Translations under genes and position numbers: made by a program
Shown: positions 62,670 to 64,000 of the stretch, piece by piece
Layout of the letters: each line of letters begins with the position of its first letter
Position numbering within the stretch: the stretch's first letter is position 1
Assembly: GCA_035539135.1 (NCBI GenBank)
Contig: DATLJD010000009.1
Location: forward strand, 85,322-149,321
DNA length: 64,000 bases
Direction: 5' to 3'
Source: Lysobacteraceae bacterium
GTDB lineage: Bacteria > Pseudomonadota > Gammaproteobacteria > Xanthomonadales > Xanthomonadaceae
The notes under the pieces: model-generated
Told to the model about the DNA's origin: nothing
What the model saw: the letters and a program-made list of their open reading frames with translations, nothing else
Databases searched by the model: none

Positions 62670-64000
62670 ATGACCACCAAGACCTTCCTGCTCCCCGACC
62701 TCGGCGAAGGCCTGCCGGACGCGACCATCGTCGAATGGCACGTCAAGGTCGGCGACACCATCCGCCTCGACGAGAACCTGGTGTCGATGGAAACCGCCAA
62801 GGCGGTGGTGGACGTGCCCTCGCCCGTCTCCGGCAAGGTGCTCAGGCTCTCGGGCGGCCCGGGCGACGTGATCGTCACCGGCAGCATGCTGGCCGAGTTC
62901 GAGATCGACCCGAGCCTGCCGCAGCGCGCCGAGGGCCAGGACACCGGCCACCACCACGGCGGCGGCGGCCACGCCGCCGGCCAGGGCGTCGGCACCCAGG
63001 ACCCGATGGCGGACGACCGCGTGGTCGCCTCGCAGGACGGCGGCGCGATCACCCACAACGGCGCGCCCGCGCCGAAGGGCGAGGTGCGCCAGGACGCCGG
63101 CACCGTGGTCGGCGCGATGCAGTCCTCCGACACCGTGCGCAGCGAGGCCGCGGTCGCGGTCGGCGGGGTCAAGGCGATGCCGGCGGTGCGCGCGCTGGCG
63201 CGCAAGCTCGGCGTGGACCTCACGCGCGTGCGCGCGACCGGCGCCGACGGCGTGGTCACCATGAACGACGTCAAGCAAGCCGCGGCCGACGGCAGCGCGC
63301 GCGTGGGCGCGGCGCCGGCGGTACGCGCAGCTGACCGCGCCGCGGCGCCGGCCGCGCCGGCGCCCGCCGCCGCGCGCAGCACGCTGTCGCAGGCCGGCAA
63401 GCCGATGCGCACCCAGCCGCCGGGCGTCGCCGCCAGCGGCCAGCCCGAGCAGCTCAAGGGCGTGCGCCGCAACATGGCGCGGGTCATGGCCGACGCCCAC
63501 GCGAAGGTCGTGCCGACCACGCTGGTGGACGACGCCGACCTGCACGCCTGGATCGGCAAGCAGGACATCACCGCGCGCCTGATCCGCGCGATCGTCAGCG
63601 CCTGCAAGACGGTGCCGGCGCTCAACGCGTGGTTCGACGGCGACAAGCTGGTGCGCACGCTGCACCCGCACGTGGACGTCGGCATCGCGGTGGACACCGA
63701 CGACGGCCTGTTCGTGCCGGCGTTGCGCAACGCCGACATGCTCGACGCGCGCGGCGTGCGCGAGGGCATCAACCGCCTGCGCGCCCAGGTCGAGGAGCGC
63801 ACGATCGCGCCATCGGAGCTCGCCGGCTACACGATCTCGCTGTCCAACTTCGGCATGTTCGCCGGCCGCTACGCGACGCCGGTGGTGGTGCCGCCGTGCG
63901 TGGCGATCATCGGCGCCGGCAAGCTGTGCCACGACGTGGTCGCGGTGATCGGCGGCATCGAGGTGCACCGCCGCCTGCCGATCTCGCTGACCTTCGACCA
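62670..64000 (+). CDS. dihydrolipoamide acyltransferase E2 component, 3'-truncated by the window edge
   Basis: Not in the track because there is no stop in the window. The frame from ATG 62670 reads a lipoyl domain (LPDLGEGLPDATIVEWHVKVGD...METAKAVVDVPSP), a peripheral subunit-binding domain (AMPAVRALARKLGVDL) and the start of the catalytic domain. Confidence 0.88.
   Translation, partial: MTTKTFLLPDLGEGLPDATIVEWHVKVGDTIRLDENLVSMETAKAVVDVPSPVSGKVLRLSGGPGDVIVTGSMLAEFEIDPSLPQRAEGQDTGHHHGGGGHAAGQGVGTQDPMADDRVVASQDGGAITHNGAPAPKGEVRQDAGTVVGAMQSSDTVRSEAAVAVGGVKAMPAVRALARKLGVDLTRVRATGADGVVTMNDVKQAAADGSARVGAAPAVRAADRAAAPAAPAPAAARSTLSQAGKPMRTQPPGVAASGQPEQLKGVRRNMARVMADAHAKVVPTTLVDDADLHAWIGKQDITARLIRAIVSACKTVPALNAWFDGDKLVRTLHPHVDVGIAVDTDDGLFVPALRNADMLDARGVREGINRLRAQVEERTIAPSELAGYTISLSNFGMFAGRYATPVVVPPCVAIIGAGKLCHDVVAVIGGIEVHRRLPISLTFD

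Noticed and set aside
59278-63968. Upper part of the 1260-aa ORF 57766..61548, and the 834-aa ORF 61464..63968 (both minus strand)
   Set aside because: Only 57766..59277 encodes a recognisable POT transporter. The remainder is antisense to kynA-adjacent sequence and to the E1a/E1b/E2 genes, with shadow-ORF composition.

Overview
This is a very GC-rich chromosomal segment; third codon positions are almost all G/C. Gene content and synteny suggest a Xanthomonadaceae/Lysobacteraceae-type gammaproteobacterium (inference). The supporting blocks are ahpC plus ahpF-oxyR-orfX, lptD-surA-pdxA-rsmA-apaG-apaH, folA-thyA-lgt, lemA-TPM-TPM, hmgA-hppD-marR, kynA, and a BCKDH-type E1a/E1b/E2 operon. I call 58 protein genes, two of them cut by the window edges. 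I also call one yybP-ykoY (Mn2+) riboswitch, several hairpin terminators, a REP-like palindromic element in two copies, and a heptanucleotide tandem repeat. By eye I found no rRNA, tRNA, CRISPR array, transposase, integrase or phage genes. Many very long ORFs in the track are antisense shadow ORFs typical of high-GC DNA and were rejected. The window is mostly core housekeeping, and I see no clear-cut novel multi-gene system such as a defence island. The most unusual locus is 13.9-20.5 kb, a same-strand run of a small basic protein, a putative 2H-phosphoesterase, a G-tract/GGA-rich heptad repeat, full-length Lhr helicase and a UdgX-type uracil-DNA glycosylase. It is a plausible but unproven nucleic-acid repair module. 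Other points worth a second look are the riboswitch expression platform, two GGA-dense intergenic spacers, a DUF2007-diguanylate cyclase coupled pair, and several small or unknown proteins.
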